Of a stretch of DNA of 40,087 nucleotides, positions 16,426 through 25,009 are shown piece by piece. Under the pieces are notes generated by a model. It was not told the origin of the DNA and did no database searches. It saw nothing but the letters and a program-made list of their open reading frames with translations. This DNA comes from a virus. Taxonomy: Duplodnaviria > Caudoviricetes. The stretch is taken from positions 1-40,087 of the IMG/VR virus record IMGVR_UViG_3300043171_000118. The stretch is one strand, 5' to 3'. Both the position numbers and the translations under genes were made by a program. How positions within the stretch are numbered: the stretch's first letter is position 1; every line of letters starts with the position of its first letter.

Positions 16426-16764
16426 TTATGCTCTCTTATTTAACTGTATCGGCCTAACTTCAAACCTAAGTACTAACTGATAAAGTTCTTCACCAAATAC
16501 ACCTCTTAGGCTCGTATATTCTGTATGGCGCTTTACCCATGACTTGAAATTTGAATTACTAATGGTCGGATATTGTGTCTTGAATGATTCACGCTGTAAT
16601 AGTATTGACTTTGGATCATTCTTTTTTAGCCAGCGAACCATGCTTACTTGCTCATTAATACAGGGCTTACATTTGGTCGTCTTGCCATCTGGTGAAGCTG
16701 TCCTGTTGCCGTATGCGCTTAATGGTAGTGTTTCTTCGCATATTCTACATTTTTTAGCGCTCAT
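16426..16764 (-). CDS. Protein with N-terminal Zn finger of the endonuclease VII-associated type
   Basis: KKCRIC..TLPLSAY......DG....CKPC; likely start MSAKK. Confidence 0.6.
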   Translation of the reverse strand: MSAKKCRICEETLPLSAYGNRTASPDGKTTKCKPCINEQVSMVRWLKKNDPKSILLQRESFKTQYPTISNSNFKSWVKRHTEYTSLRGVFGEELYQLVLRFEVRPIQLNKRA

Positions 16765-16979
16765 TCTGCAGCTCTCCCACGCTCGATTAATTCGGCACAT
16801 TGTTTAGCGTCTTCGATTGAGGCTAGGTATATTTTGCCAATGTTTGAGCTATGTATAATTAAATGTGTATTGTACCGTATCTCATACTTAGAGATTTCTT
16901 CATTTTCAATATCTTCAGCGGTGTACCCGTATAGTACATTTTTTAATATGTCACTTTCTTTCCATTTGATAAGACTCAT
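16761..16979 (-). CDS. Hypothetical protein
   Basis: Coupled ORF with GGAGG RBS. Confidence 0.6.
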   Translation of the reverse strand: MSLIKWKESDILKNVLYGYTAEDIENEEISKYEIRYNTHLIIHSSNIGKIYLASIEDAKQCAELIERGRAAE

Positions 16980-17515
16980 TTAGCCTCCATAGTCGATTCC
17001 ATGCCATTAATAAAGTCGGCAACCTTTACGGCTGTTGATTGATCCAACTTGTATTCATGCATTTTATACTTACCATCAGATTGGATATAGCAACCATCGC
17101 AACACATTTCCTTGTTTAGTTTTTCGATCTGCTTATCAACTGTCTCGTTGAATTCCTTCTTATTAGCCTCCATTTTGGCAACTAATTTAAGGAGGTATTC
17201 ACGTTTTGTCAAAGGCGCAGACTTAAACTCTGTAGCGTTTTCCAGTTCTAGTGTTGTTGTTAGTTTTGGCTCTGGGTTGAACCATGATAGGAATGCTTCT
17301 GCTTTTATGTCGTAACTTCTAGAGCTTATAGTTATTGATTTTTCGTAAATATGGACTGTATGCCTAGATTTGTAATCATCTTTCTTTATGATGTCGCCAC
17401 CATTCCATTTGTACCCAACATCCCTTAGTTTCATTAATACATCATCTGTTCGTTGAACCCTTATTTCAACACCTTTCTCTTTAATTAATTGCTCTTTTGT
17501 TGTAATATTATTCAT
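16976..17515 (-). CDS. Hypothetical protein
   Basis: 179-aa coupled ORF. Confidence 0.7.
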   Translation of the reverse strand: MNNITTKEQLIKEKGVEIRVQRTDDVLMKLRDVGYKWNGGDIIKKDDYKSRHTVHIYEKSITISSRSYDIKAEAFLSWFNPEPKLTTTLELENATEFKSAPLTKREYLLKLVAKMEANKKEFNETVDKQIEKLNKEMCCDGCYIQSDGKYKMHEYKLDQSTAVKVADFINGMESTMEAK

Positions 17516-18060
17516 TTTGACTCTCCTTTAAATTTCCACTTATACCCAGCGTGACTAGTATATCTATTGTAGCAACAATTTGAAATGCTAGATTGTCTAA
17601 ATCCGCCCCTATCTGCCTCGCCCATTGATTTCCACTCTTTTATAAAGCTACCATCCATATCCATTTGAATCACTTTTTTTGATCCAAACCCGTTTCTCCT
17701 GATTTTAACACTGCGAGAAATTCCAGTTCCATGATTAGCGTTTTCTTTAGCTGTTACCCATTCAAGATTTTCAACCCTATTGTCTGTCTTTATTTCGTTA
17801 ATATGGTTAACTTGTGGCTTGTTTTCTTGGTTTGGTATAAAAGCCATTGCCACTAGTCTGTGTGCTCTAAATTGGTTTTTAATGCGGCTTTTTGATAGGT
17901 TCACACTAAGATATCCGTTGCTTTTAAATATGCTCATTTGCTTGGTGTTTTTTTCTCTACGGTTAAAGCACAAACATCTAATTCCTCCAATATTAGATGC
18001 TTGGTATAGGCCCTCAAATGAAGGTATATCCACCCATATCTCCCCATCTGAAGCACTCAT
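17512..18060 (-). CDS. NUMOD4-HNH-NUMOD1 homing endonuclease
   Basis: EIWVDIPSFEGLYQASN, HRLVA.AFIPN, VNHINEIKTDNRVENLEW and C-terminal NUMOD1-like helix. Confidence 0.9.
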   Translation of the reverse strand: MSASDGEIWVDIPSFEGLYQASNIGGIRCLCFNRREKNTKQMSIFKSNGYLSVNLSKSRIKNQFRAHRLVAMAFIPNQENKPQVNHINEIKTDNRVENLEWVTAKENANHGTGISRSVKIRRNGFGSKKVIQMDMDGSFIKEWKSMGEADRGGFRQSSISNCCYNRYTSHAGYKWKFKGESK

Positions 18061-18290
18061 TTTGTAATACCCTCCGCTATCTCTATTAAGTTTCTTGTTC
18101 CTTCTGGCTTAGTCGCCCATCCTTCTTTAATGAATTTTGCAAAAGCTATTCTAGATGTGTTTTCCTTTAATTGCTTCTTAAGACATTCACCTATTGTTAA
18201 TGTTTTTCTCTGCCATAGCATAGACCAGCAAGTTTTCTCTGTGTATCCGCTAACCTGCGCTTGAATGTATTTATTTGTTTTATTAGACAT
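18057..18290 (-). CDS. First gene of the leftward operon; small basic protein, possibly a regulator
   Basis: AGGAGG RBS directly behind the promoter. Confidence 0.6.
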   Translation of the reverse strand: MSNKTNKYIQAQVSGYTEKTCWSMLWQRKTLTIGECLKKQLKENTSRIAFAKFIKEGWATKPEGTRNLIEIAEGITK

Positions 18291-18311
18291 TTAATGTCCT
18301 CCTTTTGATAA

Positions 18312-18340
18312 AGTATAATTTAAGGGATTTTAGTTGTCAA
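18312..18340 (-). promoter_or_regulatory. Leftward early sigma70-like promoter
   Basis: TTGACA-17 bp-TATACT. Confidence 0.8.
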
Positions 18341-18395
18341 TCATTATTCCTTGATTTTAAATTTAATTTTAATTTAACTTTTATTTAATAATCCA

Positions 18396-18424
18396 TTGAC
18401 AACCCAATCCAACTATTATATTAT
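18396..18424 (+). promoter_or_regulatory. Rightward early sigma70-like promoter
   Basis: TTGACA-17 bp-TATTAT with AT-rich upstream region. Confidence 0.75.
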
Positions 18425-18457
18425 TTGGGTAGGAATTAATTAACAAGTGAGAAGATT

Positions 18458-18844
18458 ATGAGTAGAATAAATTTACAAGACAACGCAATGTCAATGGTAA
18501 TGAAAATGAGTGACGGAAATCCTGGCGCTATGGATGCAATGATGCAAATGATGGAATCTAAATGTGATCCAGATCATTTTATCGGCCCTATCGGATCAAT
18601 ACTATCTCTTGATTCTCATGGAATATACGGGACTGACATATATGTTCTTTTTAGTGATATATGTGGTAAAGATGTTGTTAAGACTTGCGCTGTACTTAGA
18701 GCTGTTCAGCTTGGATTATTTGAAGAGGGCAAACTTCAAGATGCTTGCAGTAGACAGGATTATTCAGGTAGAGAGATAATTGACCCAGATGACCTACTTA
18801 AAAAAGTTCAAGACCGACTACCAAATTTTGGAAAAAATAATTAA
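18458..18844 (+). CDS. Hypothetical phage protein (GNPGA...GIYGTDIYVL motif)
   Basis: First ORF of the rightward operon. Confidence 0.75.
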   Translation: MSRINLQDNAMSMVMKMSDGNPGAMDAMMQMMESKCDPDHFIGPIGSILSLDSHGIYGTDIYVLFSDICGKDVVKTCAVLRAVQLGLFEEGKLQDACSRQDYSGREIIDPDDLLKKVQDRLPNFGKNN

Positions 18845-18867
18845 CCAACCAACAAAAGCGAGATAAT

Positions 18868-19686
18868 ATGATATTAATAATAGGCGAATCAGGAACAGGA
18901 AAGAGCACATCAATCGAAGAACTCAATCACGAAGAAACTTTCATCATTCAAGTATTGGGTAAGCCATTACCGTTCAGAGGGTGGAGACGTAAATATTTAC
19001 CGTATTCATCTGTTACCAAAACAGGCAACATATACACTAGTGATAATTGTGTTCAGATTTTGGCATTAATAGAAGAGATTGACAAGAACATGCCACAAAT
19101 TAAGAACATCATTATTGATGATCTTCAATACATGATGTCAAACGAGTTCATGCGTAGAGTTAAAGAGAAAGGGTTTGACAAGTACAACGATATAGCGCAT
19201 AATGCATGGGCTATAATTAACAAACTTAACGGTGTTCGTGAAGATATTGTACCAATAGTAATGAGTCATTCAGAAAGCAATGATGCAGGTAAAACAAAGT
19301 TAAAGACACTTGGCAAGCTTCTGGATGATAAGGTGGTTATTGAGGGCATGTTTACCGTAGTTCTTCAATCAATAATCTTTGATAGTCAGTATCTATTTAT
19401 TACTCAAAATAACGGCTCTAACACCTGTAAGAGTCCACGGGGAATGTTCGCAACCGATACTATACCCAATGACCTTAAATCAATCACAGACCAGTATAAC
19501 AAGTACAACAACGCAGACATTCAAGAGCTTAAAGATGATGTAACAAAAGAGATAGGCGTTGCTGACTCTGTTGAGTCTCTTAATGCTGTATGGCCTCGAT
19601 ATAAAATGTTTCACAAAGACGAAATGATTATATCTCTTTTCAAGGCGAAAAAAACAGAGCTTGAAATGAACAATGGAGAAGCGTAA
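18868..19686 (+). CDS. Sak4-like (AAA_24) ATPase / ssDNA-annealing recombinase
   Basis: Walker A GESGTGKS, Walker B IIIDD, KTLGKLLD..V.IEGMFT, KSP.GMF; adjacent to Gp157. Confidence 0.85.
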   Translation: MILIIGESGTGKSTSIEELNHEETFIIQVLGKPLPFRGWRRKYLPYSSVTKTGNIYTSDNCVQILALIEEIDKNMPQIKNIIIDDLQYMMSNEFMRRVKEKGFDKYNDIAHNAWAIINKLNGVREDIVPIVMSHSESNDAGKTKLKTLGKLLDDKVVIEGMFTVVLQSIIFDSQYLFITQNNGSNTCKSPRGMFATDTIPNDLKSITDQYNKYNNADIQELKDDVTKEIGVADSVESLNAVWPRYKMFHKDEMIISLFKAKKTELEMNNGEA

Positions 19687-20168
19687 TGAATTTGTATGAA
19701 ATCAATTCAAACCTTGAAGAACTATTGATGAGCTCCGTTGATGAGGACGGGGTTATCAAAGATGAATTCGAGGGAAAGCTCGACGAACTGTTTGCAGTCA
19801 GAGACGACAAAATGCTCAACTGTGCAAAGTACATTAAAAACCAGTCAGCATTTGCCGATGCAATTAAAAAAGAAGCCGACTCTTTAACCAGTAGACTGAA
19901 GTCTGTAAACAACCGTATAGAGTGGATGAAAAAATACATCCTATCAAATGTTGAGGCAGGGTATAAGGTTAAAGATTCTCAGGCTGAAATATCTACACGA
20001 AAAAGCTCATCTGTAAAAATAACCGATCAAGTATTAATTCCAGAAGAGTTTCTTAATGAGACACCTGCCACTTATTCACCAGACAAAAAAGCTATCAAGG
20101 CGGCTTTAAAAAATGGCGATGTGTTAGGCGCTAAAATGGTTGATAATGTTAATCTGAGCATTAAGTAA
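19686..20168 (+). CDS. Siphovirus Gp157 family protein
   Basis: MNLYEI start, coiled coil, IPEEF...PDKKAIKAALKNG.V.GA C-terminus. Confidence 0.85.
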   Translation: MNLYEINSNLEELLMSSVDEDGVIKDEFEGKLDELFAVRDDKMLNCAKYIKNQSAFADAIKKEADSLTSRLKSVNNRIEWMKKYILSNVEAGYKVKDSQAEISTRKSSSVKITDQVLIPEEFLNETPATYSPDKKAIKAALKNGDVLGAKMVDNVNLSIK

Positions 20169-20404
20169 TGAAGATACACGTCAAACTATATCTTGACCAT
20201 CACAACTTGCACGGGGAGTTCATCCCTTGTGTGGCTTGTGGCGCTCCAAGCGTGGACATCCATCACATTGATTTTAAGGGTATGGGTGGCACTGGTGGCA
20301 AGGACGTGATTGAGAATCTTATAGCTCTGTGCAGAGAGTGCCATGTGAAGGCGCATAGTAGTAAATTGAGTAAGGATTACTTAAGAGGGCTTATAAATGA
20401 GTGA
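20168..20404 (+). CDS. Small HNH endonuclease
   Basis: CVACG...DIHHI...NLIALCRECH. Confidence 0.85.
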   Translation: MKIHVKLYLDHHNLHGEFIPCVACGAPSVDIHHIDFKGMGGTGGKDVIENLIALCRECHVKAHSSKLSKDYLRGLINE

Positions 20405-20807
20405 ATACATATGCAGTGAAGTATACTTTTCCATGTTAATAGACAACAAACGTGTAACCGTAACTGAAACAGATTGTAAGGTTAAGGTAACTAAGCCTAG
20501 AAACATAAAACACCACAGGCTATGTTTCGGGATGCTGAACTATACCTATAAGCACATGAATGAGCGCAAAGGAATAACAACGGCATACGACCTCTTATTG
20601 ATATTCAAAGATATTTACGAGTACTATACGCCAATACCAACTAACAAAGGAGTAGTTAAGAAATACTATTCACTCTCATTTGAATCAATGGGTGAGGATG
20701 AATTTAAACCTATTGCTGAGAACTTAAAGGCATTCTGCTATGCAACTTTGAATGGTGATAAGCGCAGTAAGGAAGTCATACAGGGGCTATTAGATATAGA
20801 ATTTTAA
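20397..20807 (+). CDS. DUF1367 / NinB-like protein
   Basis: KPRN.KHHR..F and SLSFESMGEDEF motifs. Confidence 0.55.
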   Translation: MSEYICSEVYFSMLIDNKRVTVTETDCKVKVTKPRNIKHHRLCFGMLNYTYKHMNERKGITTAYDLLLIFKDIYEYYTPIPTNKGVVKKYYSLSFESMGEDEFKPIAENLKAFCYATLNGDKRSKEVIQGLLDIEF

Positions 20808-20817
20808 TAAACTTCAC

Positions 20818-20873
20818 CCCGCAACACACGCCAAGGATTGTTTCAAAGTTCATTTATTCTTGTGTGTTGTGGG
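20818..20873 (+). other. Long intergenic hairpin
   Basis: CCCGCAACACAC/GTGTGTTGTGGG outer stem plus inner AAGGAT/ATTCTT stem. Confidence 0.6.
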
Positions 20874-20895
20874 TTAATTAAATTTAAGGGAAAAT

Positions 20896-21279
20896 ATGAG
20901 TAGAGAAATAAAATTTAGAGTATGGAATAAGCGATTGAAAAGGATGTTTTCTGTTTATTCTATAAATTGGCAGACGGGAATAATACAATGTACTGACTGT
21001 ATAACAGGTACATCACATACTTTCGGTATGATTGACTGTGAATTATTGCAATTTACAGGACTTAAAGACAAGAACGGTGTTGAGATTTACGATGGTGATA
21101 TACTATCTAATAATATGTGCGTCAGAAAGCTGAGTGTAGTTATATGGGAAGAATACGGGGCTAGATTCATATGTAAAGAATTCCTAAATGGATGCATGGT
21201 TCATTGGGCTAAAAACTTCTCTTCACTTAGCGTAGTCGGCAACATCCACGAAAACCCAGAACTACTAAACAAGGAATAA
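20896..21279 (+). CDS. YopX family protein
   Basis: REIKFRVW, QFTGLKDKNGVEIYDGDI and VVGNIHENPELL motifs. Confidence 0.9.
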   Translation: MSREIKFRVWNKRLKRMFSVYSINWQTGIIQCTDCITGTSHTFGMIDCELLQFTGLKDKNGVEIYDGDILSNNMCVRKLSVVIWEEYGARFICKEFLNGCMVHWAKNFSSLSVVGNIHENPELLNKE

Positions 21280-21280
21280 C

Positions 21281-21805
21281 ATGAGTATAACAAGTAACAT
21301 GACTATAATAGAGAAATCACAGGAAGTACACAGGAACGCCGTTGAGCATGGTTGGTATGATGATAAGACTTGCCATGATACTAAAATGGCTCTGGTTGTC
21401 GGTGAGGTAATCGAGACTATGGACGCTATAGCAAACAACAGGGCTGATGACAGGTGTGATAAAGGTATCGACTTAACCAACTTAGAGGAAGAAATAGCGG
21501 ACGTATACCTAAGAACACTAGACTATATCGGCCACCTCAGATATGCGTCATTTGTGAGATATGACGATCCAGTTATCAGAGAGAGAATACAGTTTCTATT
21601 CAAAGGTAAATCTGATGGAGCTATGATAGGTACTCTCATCAAGAGCATTGTACGGAATTTCGGCTCTGGAACTGGCTATGATTATATCTTAGCGATGGTT
21701 GAAGAGTATGCAATTATCAAGGGTGTGGATCTTGAGCGGGCTGTGATGGTTAAGCATGAGTATAATAAGGGTCGAGCGTATCGGCATGGGAATAAGAAGT
21801 TTTAA
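21281..21805 (+). CDS. MazG-like nucleotide pyrophosphohydrolase
   Basis: GEV.E...EEEIADVYLR..D and K.EYNK.RAYRHGNK motifs. Confidence 0.75.
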   Translation: MSITSNMTIIEKSQEVHRNAVEHGWYDDKTCHDTKMALVVGEVIETMDAIANNRADDRCDKGIDLTNLEEEIADVYLRTLDYIGHLRYASFVRYDDPVIRERIQFLFKGKSDGAMIGTLIKSIVRNFGSGTGYDYILAMVEEYAIIKGVDLERAVMVKHEYNKGRAYRHGNKKF

Positions 21806-21835
21806 ATTAATTAACTAATAACAAAAGGAAGTAAT

Positions 21836-22132
21836 ATGTCAGAAGAAATAAATTTAACTAAAAAAGAGATCGACAAAGATAGAGTCGAAGTGTGTGAAGC
21901 GATAAGCAGAATGCTGGATTTTCCAGATGAAAACGGAATATATCCGACAACAGCTTGCTTTAATAGGCTTGTAGGGTATATACAAGGTATTCGATTTGAG
22001 ACGCTTGGATTTGCTCATGCCGAGGCTTGCAGTTGTCTTGATAAAGGCGGAGACCCAAGAAAAACAGAAACATTTGAACTTATCGAAAACTATGAAAAAG
22101 CATTTGAATTAAAAAAAGAGATAGTGACTTAA
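21836..22132 (+). CDS. Hypothetical protein
   Basis: AAGGA RBS; 98-aa ORF. Confidence 0.65.
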   Translation: MSEEINLTKKEIDKDRVEVCEAISRMLDFPDENGIYPTTACFNRLVGYIQGIRFETLGFAHAEACSCLDKGGDPRKTETFELIENYEKAFELKKEIVT

Positions 22133-22144
22133 CATGTTTTAACC

Positions 22145-22199
22145 TACCTTTTCACCCATGACAACAAATCTCGCTTGATTGGTTAGGTCAGGGAAGGTA
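22145..22199 (+). ncRNA. Putative 3'-UTR structured RNA 3 with anti-RBS loop
   Basis: TACCTTTTC/GGGAAGGTA stem; inner AACAAATC-TCGCTT-GATTGGTT; ATCTCGCTT complementary to 18856-18864. Confidence 0.4.
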
Positions 22200-22230
22200 T
22201 TATCTTAATTGGTAATGCCTTTTTTATTTT
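22194..22230 (+). terminator. Rho-independent terminator
   Basis: AAGGTATTATC-TTAATT-GGTAATGCCTT followed by a T-rich tract. Confidence 0.75.
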
Positions 22231-22259
22231 CGGATTTTATAGATTATTATACGATTAGG

Positions 22260-22288
22260 TTGAATTGTCCGTACAATGTATGTACATT
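22260..22288 (+). promoter_or_regulatory. sigma70-like promoter overlapped by a repeated operator-like motif
   Basis: TTGAAT-17 bp-TACATT; TGTCCGTACA and TGTATGTACA 11 bp apart. Confidence 0.5.
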
Positions 22289-22318
22289 TGGATAAGAGAT
22301 AACGAGAAAGGATGCGAG

Positions 22319-22627
22319 ATGAAAGATTTTAAAGAATTACCAATAGAAATGCAAAACAGAGTGAATAGCCTTGCTGATTCAATGGGGGTTTCTGCTTCTG
22401 ATACTTATTCCCTTATCACATTAACAATCAACGGCATGGAGCATGATAAGGTTGTTGACTGCATTCCCGATATGCCTCAAGAAAGTAGAGAGTATCTTTG
22501 CGAAACATATATGTGTTGTGCTGTTGATCGGTTCAAAAAATTCAGTGAACAATTCCAGACGAGCGATGTTATGCGTGAAGGATTTGCCGGTATGGTTTAT
22601 AACAAATTAACTACTAATGAGGTTTAA
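22319..22627 (+). CDS. Hypothetical protein
   Basis: Likely start MKDFKEL after AAAGGA. Confidence 0.65.
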   Translation: MKDFKELPIEMQNRVNSLADSMGVSASDTYSLITLTINGMEHDKVVDCIPDMPQESREYLCETYMCCAVDRFKKFSEQFQTSDVMREGFAGMVYNKLTTNEV

Positions 22628-22628
22628 A

Positions 22629-22793
22629 ATGAGTGATATGAAGAATTTACTAACAGATAGTGAGGCTGAACAGGTTTGCCATAAGTGGGATCATAACAGC
22701 GTATGGAAAGGAGTTAAAGTCAACTCAGCATTCTGCACGAACGTTTGTAAGTATCATAAAGACTGTGAGGTAATAGGTGGCCTAGATGAGTAA
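22629..22793 (+). CDS. Small Cys-containing protein
   Basis: Read manually; GAGG RBS; MSDMKNLL...CTNVCKYHKDC. Confidence 0.5.
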   Translation: MSDMKNLLTDSEAEQVCHKWDHNSVWKGVKVNSAFCTNVCKYHKDCEVIGGLDE

Positions 22794-23019
22794 AGAGAGT
22801 AACGATAAATTGAAGCCGTGCCCATTTTGTGGAGGTGAGGCTGAATTTAAAAGAGTTGGCAGTGCAAGACAATCTGAAATTGTGGGCTGTACCGATTGCC
22901 ATTGTGAGCTTGAGTCAGGAGATAGAGATCATTATTCTGGTAGCTCTTGGAACTATAGAGTTGATCAAGCATGGGAATTACTTAAACAAGGACATACAAA
23001 TGCCAAAACCAAACGATAA
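22786..23019 (+). CDS. Lar family restriction-alleviation protein
   Basis: LKPCPFCGGEA...VGCTDC...WNYR. Confidence 0.8.
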   Translation: MSKESNDKLKPCPFCGGEAEFKRVGSARQSEIVGCTDCHCELESGDRDHYSGSSWNYRVDQAWELLKQGHTNAKTKR

Positions 23020-23146
23020 AAGAGTAGAATTTAGAATGCCTAATGATTTAGTAGAAGACGCTAAAACTTGGGCTTATCACCTAAACATATCATTCAGTAA
23101 ATTTGTACGTGATGCAATTGAAGAGAAAATAGAAAGGCGCCAATGA
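23000..23146 (+). CDS. Ribbon-helix-helix (CopG/Arc-like) DNA-binding protein
   Basis: KRVEFRMPNDL...NISFSKFVRDAIEEKI; AAGGA RBS. Confidence 0.75.
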   Translation: MPKPNDKRVEFRMPNDLVEDAKTWAYHLNISFSKFVRDAIEEKIERRQ

Positions 23147-23661
23147 TCGAACAAGTCAAACAAAAACTAGCAGGACTCAAAGTTGTAATAGACTTATCAA
23201 ATAAACAAGGCTGTTCAGTCAAGTTAAAGCAAAAGAATCAATGGGATATGTTCAGTGACCGAATTGAGTATTATTTCGCAAAGTTCAGCAAATCGTCAGG
23301 GCTGAGATACAATATAAATCCATCAAATGAGCCTTCTATCTCTGATCTTGAGCATTTCGATTTTGCACAGGATAGATTTGTACTAGAGGATTTACTAGGG
23401 TTGGCTATTGAGCATGTCAACCTGCTTGAAGACTATGATCTTATTAAGGTTACTGAGTTCGTTATAATTCTGAGTAGTCGTGAATTGATGGACGATGCCG
23501 AGGATAACGGTCACGATACAGAGAGGGAGCGCTGGTCGTGGGATTACTTGCAAGAGACGTTTAGGGGCTTGTATGAGAAAGGGTTTGAGCTTGAGCCTCA
23601 GAGGGTTTATGGTATTGAGGAAGGTAGGCTACATTGTCACTTCAAGCTGTTGGAGGTGTAA
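23143..23661 (+). CDS. Hypothetical protein
   Basis: 172-aa coupled ORF. Confidence 0.65.
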   Translation: MIEQVKQKLAGLKVVIDLSNKQGCSVKLKQKNQWDMFSDRIEYYFAKFSKSSGLRYNINPSNEPSISDLEHFDFAQDRFVLEDLLGLAIEHVNLLEDYDLIKVTEFVIILSSRELMDDAEDNGHDTERERWSWDYLQETFRGLYEKGFELEPQRVYGIEEGRLHCHFKLLEV

Positions 23662-23663
23662 TT

Positions 23664-24104
23664 GTGAATAAACCAATAATACCGTCTGAACATGATGAGC
23701 AGAAGAGTCTATTTAAAAGGTATAGATTGATGCTTGGGAGGTTTCCTGAGTTGATACTTGCCTATGCTTGCCCCAATGGAGGACAGAGAAATAAGATAGT
23801 GGCAAAGCGCTTAAAAGATGAGGGTGTAAAGTCTGGCGTTCCAGATATTCATATACCAATAGCAAAGGGTGAATATTCTGGATTATGGATTGAGTTGAAG
23901 AGACTTAAAGGTTCATCATTTCAAGAGAATCAAAAGTTCTGGCTGAATGAGTTAAATAAATATGGTGCTTTTGCTGTAATATGTAAAGGCGCTGAAGAGG
24001 CGCTTAAGATTACTGAAATGTATTTGAATGAGGAAAACGGGCTTGAGTCGTATCGGAAAACTTATGAGATAAACCGCTCTAAGTTAGATGTTCAATACAG
24101 GTAG
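23664..24104 (+). CDS. VRR-NUC domain nuclease (possible resolvase)
   Basis: EHDEQ, PNGGQR, GVKSGVPD, LWIELKR and Q..WL..L...G motifs; GTG start after GGAGG. Confidence 0.9.
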   Translation: MNKPIIPSEHDEQKSLFKRYRLMLGRFPELILAYACPNGGQRNKIVAKRLKDEGVKSGVPDIHIPIAKGEYSGLWIELKRLKGSSFQENQKFWLNELNKYGAFAVICKGAEEALKITEMYLNEENGLESYRKTYEINRSKLDVQYR

Positions 24105-24108
24105 TTAC

Positions 24109-24573
24109 TTAAGGCATGAATTCAATCATATTATAATCATCAACATCGTAACCGTTAAATTCAGTATGCAAATAACCTTTCCCCATTGTCACATTTGGAG
24201 ACTCAATACGGCTGATAGAGTATTTTTTATAATTTACTCTAATCAGCATTAATAATATATCCATGTGTCGAGACTTAAGGTCATATGCAATACATTGTTT
24301 GTGACTACTACCATTAACCCCGATAATACAAGAGTCCGCTCTTACGCCGCTATAAATATATTTAACGCCGTACCACATGCCGTTGATAACAATAGCGCAT
24401 TCAACGGGTTTACAACTCGGATATCTCGACCTGACAGCGTCCTCATAGTCTGAACGTAACAAATTAAGTGAAATCAATCGATTTAAGCCCACTAATTCAA
24501 AACAGGCATCTCTCGACAAGATGTTATATATTGAAGGCTCAACAAGTTCTGTGTGGTCGAATTTGTTTATCAT
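24109..24573 (-). CDS. Putative endolysin, peptidase M15-like
   Basis: SGVR...SSH.....YD...YLHTE zinc-binding pattern; last gene of the late operon. Confidence 0.65.
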   Translation of the reverse strand: MINKFDHTELVEPSIYNILSRDACFELVGLNRLISLNLLRSDYEDAVRSRYPSCKPVECAIVINGMWYGVKYIYSGVRADSCIIGVNGSSHKQCIAYDLKSRHMDILLMLIRVNYKKYSISRIESPNVTMGKGYLHTEFNGYDVDDYNMIEFMP

Positions 24574-25007
24574 GGAGCGCTCAACATCTTCTTCTTTGCG
24601 GAAGCTCTAACATATTTTCCAGCGCCAATTCTAACGCCTCTATACCAGTATTGGGAGCGAAACCAGTTCATACCATCACGCCTTATGAGATAATAAATAG
24701 CTAAATCAGCCTTTTTACGGAATGATCGAGGGAGTAAACCTTCACGCATTAGCTGATATAAGAAATCATGTACAAGCGATCCTATCATGGAATTTTTACT
24801 ATCATAAGTCGGGCCGCTTGCTCCATCCCATGCGTAATCTTTCCGAATCCCTATCCATCCACTAGTAAGGAAAAACCCATACTCAGTGATTATATCTTTC
24901 TCAGGGGCGAAACCCGTTTTGATAAAGAAATGAGTTTTATTCTGGTATTTGTAACCATCCATGTAATACATTCTCTGTGATTCTACTAATTTTGATGGAA
25001 TTTGCAT
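24570..25007 (-). CDS. DUF1353 family protein
   Basis: YAWDGAS, SLVHDFLYQ, RKKAD and YRGVRIG motifs. Confidence 0.8.
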   Translation of the reverse strand: MQIPSKLVESQRMYYMDGYKYQNKTHFFIKTGFAPEKDIITEYGFFLTSGWIGIRKDYAWDGASGPTYDSKNSMIGSLVHDFLYQLMREGLLPRSFRKKADLAIYYLIRRDGMNWFRSQYWYRGVRIGAGKYVRASAKKKMLSAP

Positions 25008-25009
25008 AT

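Noticed and set aside
1592-18067. Plus-strand ORFs in the leftward arm such as 1592-1894, 12521-12850, 13688-13969 and 16107-16457
   Set aside because: They overlap coupled minus-strand genes, including short ones missing from the ORF track
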